Below, one piece after another: positions 1 to 10,505 of a stretch of 64,000 nucleotides of DNA. Position 1 is the first letter of the stretch. Each line of letters begins with the position of its first letter. The notes under the pieces were generated by a model, which ran no database searches, had not been told where the DNA came from, and saw only the letters and a program-made list of their open reading frames with translations. The position numbers were made by a program, and so were the translations under genes. Origin of the DNA: Mariniphaga sp. (GTDB taxonomy: Bacteria; Bacteroidota; Bacteroidia; Bacteroidales; Prolixibacteraceae); contig NZ_JAWLCI010000018.1 in the NCBI RefSeq assembly GCF_041687215.1, positions 3,572 through 67,571 on the forward strand, in the 5' to 3' direction.

Positions 1-1
1 T

Positions 2-1375
2 CCGGGGAATATAATGGGTTGGATGACCGACCACGATGGCAAACTCAGATTAGCCATCACTTCAGATGGAGTAAACAACACGATTCTTTATCGCGACACA
101 GAAGAAGAGGATTTCAGGCCGGTGCTTACCACCAGCTTTAAAGAAACCGTTTCGCCGGTCATTTTTACGTTCGACAATCAAATGGTTTATGCATTCTCGA
201 ACCTGGGACGCGACAAAACTGCTCTGGTGAAATTTGATGTGGCAAATGGTAATGAAACCGAAGTGCTGTTTGAAACGAATGAGGCAGATATTGATGGTCT
301 TAATTACTCACGGAAAGACAAAAAGCTGCTTGCAGTTTCCTGGACAACTGATAAAGATACCATGCATTTTTTTGATGCCAATGCAGAATCTATGCAAAAG
401 GAATTGGATGCCAAACTTCCCGGATACGAAGTTTCAGTTGGAAGCCACAACAAAGCCGAAGACAAGTTTATGATTCGCACTTACAGCGACCGTACCAGGG
501 GCGCTTACTATTTTTATGATAAAAGCACCAAAGAGTTGACCAAACTGGCTGAATTAAGCCCCTGGCTCAACGAAGAACACCTGTGCGAAATGCAACCCAT
601 TTCCTATACTTCCCGCGATGGACTGACTATTCAGGGATATCTGACATTGCCGCTGGGATATGAACCCAAAAACCTGCCAGTGGTGGTGAATCCACATGGC
701 GGTCCGTGGGCCCGCGATTACTGGGGATTCAATCCTGAAGTTCAGTTCCTGGCCAATAACGGGTATGCCGTGCTGCAAATGAATTTCCGCGGTTCCACCG
801 GTTTTGGAAAAGAATTCTGGGAATCGTCATTCAAACAATGGGGACGTACCATGCAGGATGATATAACGGATGGAGTGAAATGGCTGATTGATCAAGGCAT
901 TGCCGATCCTGACCGAGTTGCCATTTACGGCGGCAGTTACGGTGGATATGCAACACTCGCCGGCCTCACCCTAACTCCGGATTTGTATGCCGCAGGAGTG
1001 GATTATGTAGGCGTTTCAAACCTCTTCACTTTTATGAACACCATACCACCCTACTGGAAACCCATGCTTGACATGCTTTACGAAATGGTTGGAAACCCGG
1101 AAGCCGACAGCCTGTTACTGGCTGAAGTATCTCCTGTATTCCATGTGGACAAGATACAGGCTCCGCTTTTTGTGGCCCAGGGCGCCAACGATCCGAGGGT
1201 CAACAAAGCAGAATCAGACCAAATCGTAGATGCCTTAAAAGCCCGCGGTATTGACGTGGAATATATGGTAAAAGATAACGAAGGTCATGGATTTGGCAAT
1301 GAGGAAAACCGGTTCGACTTTTACCGGGCCATGATAACTTTCCTCAACAAACATTTGAAGCCGGCTGAGGAATAA
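2..1375 (+). CDS. S9 family prolyl oligopeptidase / acylaminoacyl peptidase (5'-partial)
   Basis: GGSYGG nucleophile elbow, PHGGPW, NDPRV (Asp) and EGHGF (His); frame is open from the window edge. Confidence 0.9.
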   Translation, partial: PGNIMGWMTDHDGKLRLAITSDGVNNTILYRDTEEEDFRPVLTTSFKETVSPVIFTFDNQMVYAFSNLGRDKTALVKFDVANGNETEVLFETNEADIDGLNYSRKDKKLLAVSWTTDKDTMHFFDANAESMQKELDAKLPGYEVSVGSHNKAEDKFMIRTYSDRTRGAYYFYDKSTKELTKLAELSPWLNEEHLCEMQPISYTSRDGLTIQGYLTLPLGYEPKNLPVVVNPHGGPWARDYWGFNPEVQFLANNGYAVLQMNFRGSTGFGKEFWESSFKQWGRTMQDDITDGVKWLIDQGIADPDRVAIYGGSYGGYATLAGLTLTPDLYAAGVDYVGVSNLFTFMNTIPPYWKPMLDMLYEMVGNPEADSLLLAEVSPVFHVDKIQAPLFVAQGANDPRVNKAESDQIVDALKARGIDVEYMVKDNEGHGFGNEENRFDFYRAMITFLNKHLKPAEE

Positions 1376-1438
1376 ACGTTGATTTCAGAATGAAAATCAC
1401 CGGATAACTTTTAAAAAATACCGGTGTTAAGTCAACTC

Positions 1439-1580
1439 AAAGCTGTCATTTCGAATGCTCTCCCAATTTTATTGGGCATAATGAGAAAATGACAGAGATG
1501 ACGAAACAAGTTCGGCATGACGTTCTAAGTTAATTCGCATTTTTATTAAAGTACGTCACCCTGAACTTGTTTCAGGGTCT
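1439..1580. repeat. Cluster of REP-like palindromes (GTCA family)
   Basis: aaagctgtcatttcgaat at 1439 repeats at 1587; aaacaagttcggcatgacg (1504) is inverted relative to cgtcaccctgaacttgtttcagggtct (1554-1580). Confidence 0.65.
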
Positions 1581-1582
1581 GC

Positions 1583-1640
1583 TTTTAAAGCTGTCATTTC
1601 GAATCCGCCAGCCGGCGGATTCGAAATGACAGCTTTAAAA
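1583..1640. terminator. Perfect 27-bp-stem hairpin, likely bidirectional terminator / REP
   Basis: ttttaaagctgtcatttcgaatccgcc-agcc-ggcggattcgaaatgacagctttaaaa between convergent genes. Confidence 0.8.
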
Positions 1641-1662
1641 ATTTGACCATTGGATGATTATT

Positions 1663-3096
1663 TTATGGAATGACCAACCCATCCCGTTCCTCAATATGCT
1701 TTTTGAGTTTTTCCGAAAGTTCTTCTACCAGCTTTTTATTCTCCGGTTTTTCCGAAATATTTATGGTTTCTTCCGGGTCGTCTGCCAGATTATACATCAT
1801 CCGTGCTGTTACTTTTCCGGTTTGATCGCTGAACCATTCGGTGTAAGTATGTGTTTTTGTGACTACTGTTTCACCTCTAATCCAGCGGCAAAAGACTTCT
1901 TCTTTCCATGGTTGGTTCGGATTTTCGGCCAGCTGAACAAAACTTTTCCCCTGCAAATGGAAAGGTTTTTCCAGTCCTGCCAACTCTACCAGCGAAGGAT
2001 AAATATCCACAAATTCAACCAGGGCATCGGTTTTCAGGTTTTGTTTTTTGCCCGGCGCCCGCAAAATAAGTGGTGTGTGCAGCACTTTTTCAAAGTTGCA
2101 GTGTTTACACCACAGGTCATGCTCGCCCAAATGCCAGCCGTGGTCGCCCCACAAAATCACAATGGTGTTTTCGGCCAAACCCAACCGTTCCAGTTCATTC
2201 AGCACTTTACCGATTTGTGCATCGGTATAACTTACGCAGGCGTAATACCCGTGAATCAGTTTTCGCATAAATTCTTCATCAAGCGGTCCCTGGTCAGGTA
2301 CATCGGTGTAGTTTCGCAATTCGCCAAAATTGTGCATACTCTCATCAGGCGCACCGTCGGGTTTTTTCATATTATCAGGAAGTTGTATCTCATCAAAATC
2401 ATACAAATCCCAGTATTTTTTCGGAGCATTAAAAGGCAAGTGTGGTTTCAGGAATCCTACAGCAAGAAAAAAAGGTTCGCCTGAATTCCTGAACTGCCGC
2501 ATCCTGCGCACCGCTTCATCGGCAATCATTCCATCGGGGTAAATATGGTCAGGCGCATCGGCCCATTCAAACGACGAGCCGTTAATTCCGTTTCCGTTCG
2601 GGCGTGGCTCGATTTGCTTGTGCGACTCAGGCATAACATAGGCCTGCCAACCCTGCCAGTCGCCCTCCGGAAACCAGGGTGTTTCGCTCCAGCTTCCTTT
2701 GCCGTCGTTTTGATGATGGTAAATTTTTCCCAATGAAACAGTTGTGTACCCGTTGTTTTTAAAGTGCATGGGCAGACTGACCACCCCTGGAACGTCTTCA
2801 TCCTGCCGGCAACTGTAATCCAGAAACCGGGTTCGGTTTGGCCTGATTCCCGACAAAATACTTGCCCTTGAAGCCCCGCAAACGGGAATGTTGCAATAAG
2901 CCCGGTTGAAAACAAGGCCCGTTTCGGCCAGTTTGTCGATGTGGGGGGAGTGAATGTGCGATTGTCCGTAGCAACCCAACTCGGGCCGCAGGTCGTCAAC
3001 CGCAATGAACAAAACATTGGGTTGATTTTTGTTTTGTCCATGAGTAAGCCCTGCAAAAATCAGGGCAAATACAGCAACAGTAATCAGTTTTTTCAT
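1663..3096 (-). CDS. Sulfatase (iduronate-2-sulfatase-like, S1 family)
   Basis: Signal peptide; NVLFIAVDDLR; CGASR formylglycine motif; GFLKPHLPF; GDHGWHLGEH. Confidence 0.9.
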   Translation of the reverse strand: MKKLITVAVFALIFAGLTHGQNKNQPNVLFIAVDDLRPELGCYGQSHIHSPHIDKLAETGLVFNRAYCNIPVCGASRASILSGIRPNRTRFLDYSCRQDEDVPGVVSLPMHFKNNGYTTVSLGKIYHHQNDGKGSWSETPWFPEGDWQGWQAYVMPESHKQIEPRPNGNGINGSSFEWADAPDHIYPDGMIADEAVRRMRQFRNSGEPFFLAVGFLKPHLPFNAPKKYWDLYDFDEIQLPDNMKKPDGAPDESMHNFGELRNYTDVPDQGPLDEEFMRKLIHGYYACVSYTDAQIGKVLNELERLGLAENTIVILWGDHGWHLGEHDLWCKHCNFEKVLHTPLILRAPGKKQNLKTDALVEFVDIYPSLVELAGLEKPFHLQGKSFVQLAENPNQPWKEEVFCRWIRGETVVTKTHTYTEWFSDQTGKVTARMMYNLADDPEETINISEKPENKKLVEELSEKLKKHIEERDGLVIP

Positions 3097-3264
3097 TTTT
3101 GCCGGTTTTTAGATTTGAAAACAAAACTATCAGAAATTTTTTTGTTTCCGGCAAATTCAATCCATGGTTTTTTAAAAAAGGAATAGAACTTTAATATGAT
3201 CAGCAAATGAACATTATGCCCCTTTTAATTGCTCACATGTAAATAATTAAAAAAGAATTGTAAA

Positions 3265-3702
3265 ATGAATAATATGAAAACATTATTGTTGGCTGTAACT
3301 TTATTTACCGTTCTATTCGGCTCTGCTCAGGATTTGTCGAAACACAAATGGGAAAACAGGCTGATTTTAATACTAACTGACGACGAAAATAACTCTACTT
3401 TTCAGTCTCAATTAGAAGAATTCAGCAAGGATTTAAACGGTTTAAAAGAGCGAAAATTAATTATATACCAAATATTTCCCGGAGAATACAAAACCGGATT
3501 GAACGGCGATAACAAAAAAAAATCTTCGCGTTTATATAATGAGTATAAAAAAACCAACGCTGGGTTTGAAGTTGTTTTGCTGGGCCTTGATGGTGGAGTA
3601 AAACTGCGGCAAAATGAATTACTGCCATTGGAAAAATTATATGCCACTATTGATGTGATGCCCATGAGGCGCAACGAAATAGAAAGAAAAAAGCAACAAT
3701 AA
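3265..3702 (+). CDS. DUF4174-like secreted protein
   Basis: Signal peptide; WENRLILI, LLGLDGGVKLR and IDVMPMRRNE motifs. Confidence 0.75.
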   Translation: MNNMKTLLLAVTLFTVLFGSAQDLSKHKWENRLILILTDDENNSTFQSQLEEFSKDLNGLKERKLIIYQIFPGEYKTGLNGDNKKKSSRLYNEYKKTNAGFEVVLLGLDGGVKLRQNELLPLEKLYATIDVMPMRRNEIERKKQQ

Positions 3703-3740
3703 AAAGACCACTAATAACAAGGGTCTTGCTACATGGAAAA

Positions 3741-4754
3741 TTACAGTGAACTCCGCTTTATAAAAACAAACGGACTTTTAATCCGCCTGAAATTGCCGGT
3801 CAAAATCATTTCTGCTGCTATCCGTCCAATTTCATCGTGATTGGTTGAAATGGTAGTTATTCCGTTTTCCAGAATTTCCTTTACCGGGTTTTCATTGTAA
3901 GAAACCACGCCCACATCTTTTCCCAGATCCCATTTTTCCGTTCGGCATATTTTAATAAAACGGTACAAATCATCATCGGAAATGATTACATAAGCTTCCC
4001 CTTTTTTAACATCTTCGCAGGTAAGTTTGTCAATAACAGAAAATTCAAACCCGTTCACCTGGCAAAAAATCTGAAATCCCCTGATAATATATTTTGAATA
4101 GTATTGATCAACCGGAAAAACAAGGTTGATTTTCCGGTATTTTCGAATCAACCCGGTACCTTCAGCAAGCGCCGACTGGATATCTTTTTCATATTCCTGA
4201 AAAACAATCGGGTAATCATTCAGACTTTCCAGATTGCGATCGACAATTAACACCTTCTTTTTCGGAATTGTGCGAATGAAACTCGCCACATCGGCATGTT
4301 CATCTTTAAAATGCGGAAGAATAACAAAGTAATCGTATTTTGAAAGGTGGTTTTCTATAATGTTTTTAAACTGCTGCAAATCGTAGTTGTAAATAAAGAC
4401 ATCTGTTATCGCCTTACTGCCAAGGGTTTCAATAAAAGAGTAATACAAGCTTCGCTTATAGTTGCTGAGCTTGTTAAAAATGAGCGCTACTTTAATCTGC
4501 TTTTGAACATTTACCTGGCTTACATAATATCCTTTCCCCCTCACCGATGAAAGAATACCAGCTTTCCGCAGAAAAACATAGGCTTTTTCAACCGTATCGC
4601 GCGACAGCAGCAATTCTTCGCTGGTTTCGTTTATGGAAGGAATTCGCTGGCCTTGTTTGAAAATTCCCGACTCAATATCGGAAATTATCAATTCAACCAC
4701 TTGTTTGTATTTTGGAACCTCGGACTGATGGTTTATTTTTAAATAACTATTCAT
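3741..4754 (-). CDS. GntR family regulator with periplasmic-binding-protein-like effector domain
   Basis: PKYKQ...RIPSINE...SRDTVEKAY...RGKGYYV wHTH; C-terminal LacI-like domain. Confidence 0.85.
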   Translation of the reverse strand: MNSYLKINHQSEVPKYKQVVELIISDIESGIFKQGQRIPSINETSEELLLSRDTVEKAYVFLRKAGILSSVRGKGYYVSQVNVQKQIKVALIFNKLSNYKRSLYYSFIETLGSKAITDVFIYNYDLQQFKNIIENHLSKYDYFVILPHFKDEHADVASFIRTIPKKKVLIVDRNLESLNDYPIVFQEYEKDIQSALAEGTGLIRKYRKINLVFPVDQYYSKYIIRGFQIFCQVNGFEFSVIDKLTCEDVKKGEAYVIISDDDLYRFIKICRTEKWDLGKDVGVVSYNENPVKEILENGITTISTNHDEIGRIAAEMILTGNFRRIKSPFVFIKRSSL

Positions 4755-4883
4755 TTTTTATTGAATTGACAACAAAAATAAAAAGTGTTTGGTACAATGC
4801 CACTCAAAACAAACTTTTAAAAATTTAACTGAACTTTTCAAAAAGATATTCGTTCAATTGACTGAACAATAAAAACGAGATTT

Positions 4884-6155
4884 ATGAAACATTTGTTTGT
4901 TCTGTTTATAGTACTTGCAGCATTTTCATGCAGCCAGCAGAAAAAAACCGATACAGTAAAACTTACCGCTGATGCCGATAATGGTGGAATTACATTGCCT
5001 GAAGGATTTTCGGCCCTGGTTGTTGCAGATGAAATTGGCCGCGGAAGACACATTGCCTTAAATGATAACGGCGACATTTATGTTTCGCTCAGGGATCACG
5101 ATGAAAACAAAGGCATTGCCTGTTTGCGCGACACAACGGGAGATGGCCGTGCCGATGTAATTGAATATGCAGGGGAACACACCGGAACAGGAATTAAATT
5201 GCATAAAGGATACCTTTATTTTGGTTCCGATACGGCAGTAGTCCGTTATCCTTTGCAATCCGGTGAACTATTGCCCGGAAATAACTGGGAAATGATTGCC
5301 CGCGGTTTTCCACAGGAAAGGCAACATGAAGCCAAACCCATGGAATTTGACGGACAGGGAAATATGTATGTTACAGTGGGCGCTCCGGCCAATGCCTGCA
5401 TGGAACAAATGCGAACCAAAGGTTCTCCTGGCATGGACCCGTGCCCGATACTGGAATACGCTGGCGGAATCTGGAAATTTAAGGACGATGTTTTGAATCA
5501 GGATCAACTAACAGATGGTGAACGTTATGCTACTGGAATACGCCATGCAGTGGCCAATAGCTGGAACAAACAAGTGAACGAACTGTATGTAGTGCAGCAT
5601 GGTCGCGACCAGCTAAGCCAGTTTTTCCCCGAGATATTCGATGACAAACAAAATGCTGAACTTCCTGCAGAGGAATTTTTCCTGGTTACCGAAGGAGCCG
5701 ATTTTGGCTGGCCTTATTGCTATTACGACCAGTTCCGGGAAAAAAAGGTTTTGGCGCCGGAATATGGCGGTGATGGAGAAATGGTGGAACGTTGCGAGAA
5801 TAAAATGGACCCGATTATGGCTTTTCCAGGTCACATTGGACCAAACGATTTGCTGTTTTATTCTGGTGAAATGTTTCCTGAAAAATACCGCAACGGGGCG
5901 TTCATTGCTTTTCACGGATCGTGGAACCGGGCGCCCGAGCCGCAGTCGGGTTATTTTGTGGTATTTGTGCCGTTTGAAGGTGCATACCCCTCGGGTGACT
6001 GGGAAATTTTTGCCGATGGCTTTGCAGGCATTGAAACCATAAGCAGTACCCGCGATGCCGAATACCGTCCGTGCGGACTGGCGCAGGGACCCGATGGTTC
6101 ATTGTATGTTGTGGACAGCAACAAGGGAAAAATCTGGAGAATAATTCATTCATAA
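4884..6155 (+). CDS. Sorbosone / PQQ-dependent sugar dehydrogenase family lipoprotein
   Basis: Lipobox AFSC; ATGIRHAV, DFGWPYCY, AFHGSWNR, RPCGLAQGPDGSLYV beta-propeller motifs. Confidence 0.85.
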   Translation: MKHLFVLFIVLAAFSCSQQKKTDTVKLTADADNGGITLPEGFSALVVADEIGRGRHIALNDNGDIYVSLRDHDENKGIACLRDTTGDGRADVIEYAGEHTGTGIKLHKGYLYFGSDTAVVRYPLQSGELLPGNNWEMIARGFPQERQHEAKPMEFDGQGNMYVTVGAPANACMEQMRTKGSPGMDPCPILEYAGGIWKFKDDVLNQDQLTDGERYATGIRHAVANSWNKQVNELYVVQHGRDQLSQFFPEIFDDKQNAELPAEEFFLVTEGADFGWPYCYYDQFREKKVLAPEYGGDGEMVERCENKMDPIMAFPGHIGPNDLLFYSGEMFPEKYRNGAFIAFHGSWNRAPEPQSGYFVVFVPFEGAYPSGDWEIFADGFAGIETISSTRDAEYRPCGLAQGPDGSLYVVDSNKGKIWRIIHS

Positions 6156-6184
6156 TAAAAACCAAAAAATAACGCGAAAGAATC

Positions 6185-6637
6185 ATGAGAATTAACGGAA
6201 TCCTCTTTTTACTGCTGGCATTTTTACTCAGTGCCTGCGCCGGACGTAATCAAAACTCCCAACAGCAAACACAAACTCAAGCTCCGGCAGGCACAGAAAA
6301 ATCTGCTGAAATGGCCAATCATCCAGGCAAAAAGGTTTACGATTCGGTTTGCCTGGCCTGCCACATGGCCGACGGATCTGGAGTTCCGGGAATGCACCCG
6401 CCTCTTATTCAAACCGATTGGGTTAACGGTGACAAGGAAAGGTTGATTGAACTTACGCTCAATGGCATGAGTGGCAAAATTGAAGTGAACGGTGAAACTT
6501 ACAACAGCATTATGCCGCCACACTCCCACCTCAACGACAAACAAATTGCTGATGTACTGACTTATATCAGGCAGAGTTTTGGCAACAACGCCAGCGAAGT
6601 GACGGTGGAGGAAGTGCAAAAAGTCAGAAATAAATAG
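6185..6637 (+). CDS. Cytochrome c lipoprotein
   Basis: Lipobox LSAC; CLACH haem motif; distal IMPP methionine. Confidence 0.9.
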   Translation: MRINGILFLLLAFLLSACAGRNQNSQQQTQTQAPAGTEKSAEMANHPGKKVYDSVCLACHMADGSGVPGMHPPLIQTDWVNGDKERLIELTLNGMSGKIEVNGETYNSIMPPHSHLNDKQIADVLTYIRQSFGNNASEVTVEEVQKVRNK

Positions 6638-6641
6638 AAAA

Positions 6642-8624
6642 CTAATTGTTTAATATTTTAATGGTTGTACGCCGGTTCATCTGGCGGCCTTCGGGCGTGT
6701 CGTTTTCGGAAACCGGGCGGTTTTCGCCAAAGCCTGCCCAGGTGAGCCGGTTTTTATTAATTTGATTTGAAACCAGGTATTCAACCACCGACCGGGCACG
6801 TTTTTCGGAAAGCATCAGATTCTTGTCGGCCAGGCCGGTATCATCGGTGTGCCCCTGAACTTCAACCTTTAGCGTTGGATTTTCTTCTAAAAAAACCACC
6901 AGTTTTTGCAATTCCGGTTCCGATTCAGGTAAAATCCTGAAAGAATCAGTTTCAAAATAAATATTGTGCAAATTCATTTCGGCGCCTTCCTTAATCGGCG
7001 TCAGTGCAATTTCAAGTTCATAAGGATTGTAAAATTGGCGGGAATTTCTCAAATCGAAGGTATTGGAATAAAAAAGATAGCCTTCTTTTGCAACCGAAAA
7101 GGAGTAATTGTTTCCGGAAGGAAGGCAAAGCAGCAATTCGCCACTTGTATTTGTATTTTCAATTCGTGTTTCTGTTGTAATACCACCCAGGTTTACCAGT
7201 GCCACCTCAGCTTCCAAAGGTTTCCCGTTTTCAACATCAACAACAGTAGCTTTTACATACGTGGCAGGATGTGGCCTGACAGATTCATCCAATTCAAAAG
7301 AATAGATATCGAGCCCGGTGAGACTGTCGCGGGCCGAAGAGAAAAATGCGGTGAGGCCGTCGGCGCTGATATGCAGTCCCTGCTCATCGTTCACCGTATT
7401 TATCGGATAACCAAGATTCCGGGGAAAAGAAAAAACTGAGTCGCCCAGAATATCCGACACAAAAAGGTCGAACCCTCCCAATCCAACATGGTAATCGGAA
7501 GCAAAATAAAAGTTCTTATTTCCCGCATGAACAAACGGTGAAGTTTCGTTACCGGGAGTATTTATGCTGTCGCCAAGGTTTACCGGAGTTCCCCATTTTA
7601 TCCGGCCATTCGGTTCAATTTCCAGTAGTTCGGCCCGCCAAATATCTTTTTCCCCTTTTCCTCCCGGCCTGTTGCCCGAAAAATACAGAAACCTTCCGTC
7701 GGAAGAAATGGATGGTTGTGCCTCCCAACTTGAAGTATTTAAGGGTTTTCCTGCATTTTGCGCTTTACTCCAGCGTCCGTCTTTGCGGATAGAGTAATAA
7801 ATGTCGCAGCTTCCCATACCACCTGGCCGGTTGCAGGCAGTAAAGAGCAACAAATTCCCGTCAGCCGAAAGCGTTTGCGCTCCTTCATTTTCAGCCGTGT
7901 TAATTTCATCCATTGGAATTGCTTTTTGCCAGGTATTGCTGAAAAATTCGGAAGTATAAAAATCCTCTTGCGGTTGATACCCCGGCTTTTTAATTAACCG
8001 CGTAAATACAAGTTTTTGCTGATCGATACTCAGGCTGGGCCAGTATTCATCTGAAGGGCTGTTTATAGTAACAGGAAGTCTGTCCGGCTGAAAATCAACG
8101 GGATTTTTAATGGCTTCAACAGCATAAACACAACTTTTAATTTTTTGCTCCGCCTCCTTTCTGCGTTCTGCACTAATATTTTCATTTTTTATATAATTCT
8201 GAAAATACGACAAAGCCTCAGCATAATTTTCCAAAGACATTAATGCCAACCCGAGGCGCCAGGTAACAAGGGGTAAATTAGTTTTTTCAATGGCTTTTTT
8301 TAAATGAAAAACCTCATCGGTAGTATTTTTTGTTTCATGAAAAATATCTGCCAATAACAACCTGGCATCCAAAAATGTGGAATCACGTTCCAAAATTTGG
8401 TTGCAGCGATTAATTGCCTGGGAATATTCCTGCCGGGAAACCATCTGCCGGGCTTCGTCAAACCACTTTTGCACTCTTCGGTTTGGCTGAGCTGCAAGTT
8501 TACCAGCAAAAAGCAATAAAATAAGCAGGACCAATCCTCTCTTCAACAGGTATTTTGCTTTTAATCTGAACTTGAAAATCATGTTTTTTGTAAAAATATT
8601 CATCAGTTTTAAAAAACAATTCAA
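6642..8624 (-). CDS. TPR-PD40-OmpA family protein (PorE-like architecture)
   Basis: N-terminal TPR helices, PD40 repeats (PSISSDGRFLYF), C-terminal OmpA domain (GHTDD...LSEKRA...NRR); true start may be a downstream Met. Confidence 0.85.
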   Translation of the reverse strand: MNCFLKLMNIFTKNMIFKFRLKAKYLLKRGLVLLILLLFAGKLAAQPNRRVQKWFDEARQMVSRQEYSQAINRCNQILERDSTFLDARLLLADIFHETKNTTDEVFHLKKAIEKTNLPLVTWRLGLALMSLENYAEALSYFQNYIKNENISAERRKEAEQKIKSCVYAVEAIKNPVDFQPDRLPVTINSPSDEYWPSLSIDQQKLVFTRLIKKPGYQPQEDFYTSEFFSNTWQKAIPMDEINTAENEGAQTLSADGNLLLFTACNRPGGMGSCDIYYSIRKDGRWSKAQNAGKPLNTSSWEAQPSISSDGRFLYFSGNRPGGKGEKDIWRAELLEIEPNGRIKWGTPVNLGDSINTPGNETSPFVHAGNKNFYFASDYHVGLGGFDLFVSDILGDSVFSFPRNLGYPINTVNDEQGLHISADGLTAFFSSARDSLTGLDIYSFELDESVRPHPATYVKATVVDVENGKPLEAEVALVNLGGITTETRIENTNTSGELLLCLPSGNNYSFSVAKEGYLFYSNTFDLRNSRQFYNPYELEIALTPIKEGAEMNLHNIYFETDSFRILPESEPELQKLVVFLEENPTLKVEVQGHTDDTGLADKNLMLSEKRARSVVEYLVSNQINKNRLTWAGFGENRPVSENDTPEGRQMNRRTTIKILNN

Positions 8625-8731
8625 AAATGAATTTTATTTGTTTTTTTGTATTTGTATTTTTTCTTATTTTGGCTCTGTAATTTTAAAACTTTTTGAGATA
8701 AAATGATTTTTTTTTGAATGAACTTTAAAAA

Positions 8732-8920
8732 ATGAAACGGAAAGTAAACAAAAAAAATTTCGCCGAAGCTGACAACTTTGAGCGGAAACAAAAAAAACAC
8801 CTGGGCAAAAGAGACAAAAGCTCAAAACGAAGACTTACCATTTATGACGAATTTGAAGATGAAGACCTGGACGATTACTCTTCAAACTATGAAGACTTCG
8901 ACGAAGAAGATGACGTTTAA
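8732..8920 (+). CDS. Small protein with basic N-half and acidic C-half
   Basis: 62-aa ORF preceded by an A-rich translation start; fills the gap between genes. Confidence 0.55.
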   Translation: MKRKVNKKNFAEADNFERKQKKHLGKRDKSSKRRLTIYDEFEDEDLDDYSSNYEDFDEEDDV

Positions 8921-8993
8921 CCTTTACACTATAAGAAAAAATCCACTGTAAAATAATTTTCATCAATCCCCGCCGGTAATTTGGTTTCATTTT

Positions 8994-9479
8994 TTATTCG
9001 GAAAAAAAAGCCTCAGCGCCGGGGTAATTGTATTTTGCCCGGGCAATTTTTTCAGGAAAACAAAAATAGGTAACTTCCGCTTTGGCGCAAATTTCTCCAG
9101 ACCCATCCAACAATGTACATTCAATACGAGCCAGATGTTTTTCTGTTGAAATCAGTCTGGCACGGGTTGTTATTTCACCTTTTGAAATGTAAACCGGTTT
9201 GGTATAAACCATATTTAACGCAGTAGTTACACCCGAAGTATTTAATGTAACAAAAACCAGCCAGGCAGCCGCTTCATCCATTAAAGTTGCCTGAATTCCT
9301 CCATGCAGCACACCTACCCAGCCTTCATATTCTTTTTGGGGTTGCCATTTAGCCACCAATTCTTCCTCATCGAGCCAAAACCGGAGGTGCAAACCATGTT
9401 TGTTGGCCGGAGAACAGCCAAAACAATTGTAAGCATCGTTTTTCGCTGCACGGGCAAAAGGATTGGTAATTTTCTTCAT
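8994..9479 (-). CDS. PaaI/hotdog-fold thioesterase
   Basis: CFGC...N..GL; LHGGIQATLMDE. Confidence 0.85.
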   Translation of the reverse strand: MKKITNPFARAAKNDAYNCFGCSPANKHGLHLRFWLDEEELVAKWQPQKEYEGWVGVLHGGIQATLMDEAAAWLVFVTLNTSGVTTALNMVYTKPVYISKGEITTRARLISTEKHLARIECTLLDGSGEICAKAEVTYFCFPEKIARAKYNYPGAEAFFSE

Positions 9480-9547
9480 TTTGCAAAAAAATTAAAGAAA
9501 AAAGGCCGGCAATATTTACCAGCCTCAATTCACTATATTATGGAAAA

Positions 9548-10366
9548 TTAGTTCCCTCCTAAAATCAGCGGTAATCCTTCCTTTCCGCCACCAATAACCA
9601 CCACTTTAGAATTGGGCGATTCAGCCAGACTTATGGTGGCCTCAATACCACGCTGCTTCAAAATCTGATCGGTTAAACTGGCATTTATAATCCGGTTGAA
9701 ATTTGCAATCCCCTCTGCTTCAATACGCCGGCGTTCAGCCTCTGATTCTTCTCTTCTCAACCTGTATTCATAGGCAAGAGCCTCCTGCTCCTGTTTCAAT
9801 TTGCTTTCAATCGCACCTTTTATTTGGTCGGGAAGGTTGATGGAACGAATGAGCAAAGCCCTCATATCAATAAAATTTTCACCCAGCACCATCCGGGTCT
9901 CTTCTTTAATGGCCATTTCAACCTCCGATCTTTTGGTTGAATAAATTTCTTCGGCGGTGTAACGACCTGCAACCTGCCGGACCGTTGACCTCACCTCGGG
10001 AATTACCAAAACATTAATATAATTTATCCCGAATTGCTGATATAAATTTCCGATTCTATTGTAGATAGGATTGAACCGAACGGTTATATCTGTACTGATA
10101 GACAAACCATTCCTGTCAAGCACATCCATCATTTCATCGCGTTGCTGTTCCCTCACGTTAAAAACATACAAGTTGTTCCACGGTGCAATAATATGGAATC
10201 CTTCGCCATAAATATTTTCGGTGTCAAGACCAGATGTGTAAGGACGGAAAATCACCCCACGCTCACCGGCATCGATAATAAAAAACATTCGACCGCCAAA
10301 AAGTAAAAGTACCACCAAAACAGCTACTATGGCAATAATGTAAGAAGTCTTAAAATTGAATTTCAT
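9548..10366 (-). CDS. SPFH/prohibitin (band 7) protein
   Basis: N-terminal TM, GERGVIF, coiled-coil EAERRRIEAEG. Confidence 0.9.
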   Translation of the reverse strand: MKFNFKTSYIIAIVAVLVVLLLFGGRMFFIIDAGERGVIFRPYTSGLDTENIYGEGFHIIAPWNNLYVFNVREQQRDEMMDVLDRNGLSISTDITVRFNPIYNRIGNLYQQFGINYINVLVIPEVRSTVRQVAGRYTAEEIYSTKRSEVEMAIKEETRMVLGENFIDMRALLIRSINLPDQIKGAIESKLKQEQEALAYEYRLRREESEAERRRIEAEGIANFNRIINASLTDQILKQRGIEATISLAESPNSKVVVIGGGKEGLPLILGGN

Positions 10367-10505
10367 GGTATTAATATTTAATTTCTACAAATGTAATAAG
10401 TTTGCCGGGTCTGGTAAATATTACATGGCCTTTCTTTATTTCTCAACCATAATATTCATAGCCTGCATAAATGTTATATTTGAACCGAAAATTAAAACAT
10501 TAATT

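Noticed and set aside
1654-2484. 276-aa plus-strand ORF and similar long antisense ORFs (33867, 35238, 52886, 56336, 26766)
   Set aside because: Shadow frames of well-supported genes with no family motifs
10356-10505. N-terminal extension of the C26 peptidase
   Set aside because: Overlaps the divergent SPFH start; the signal peptide begins at 10506
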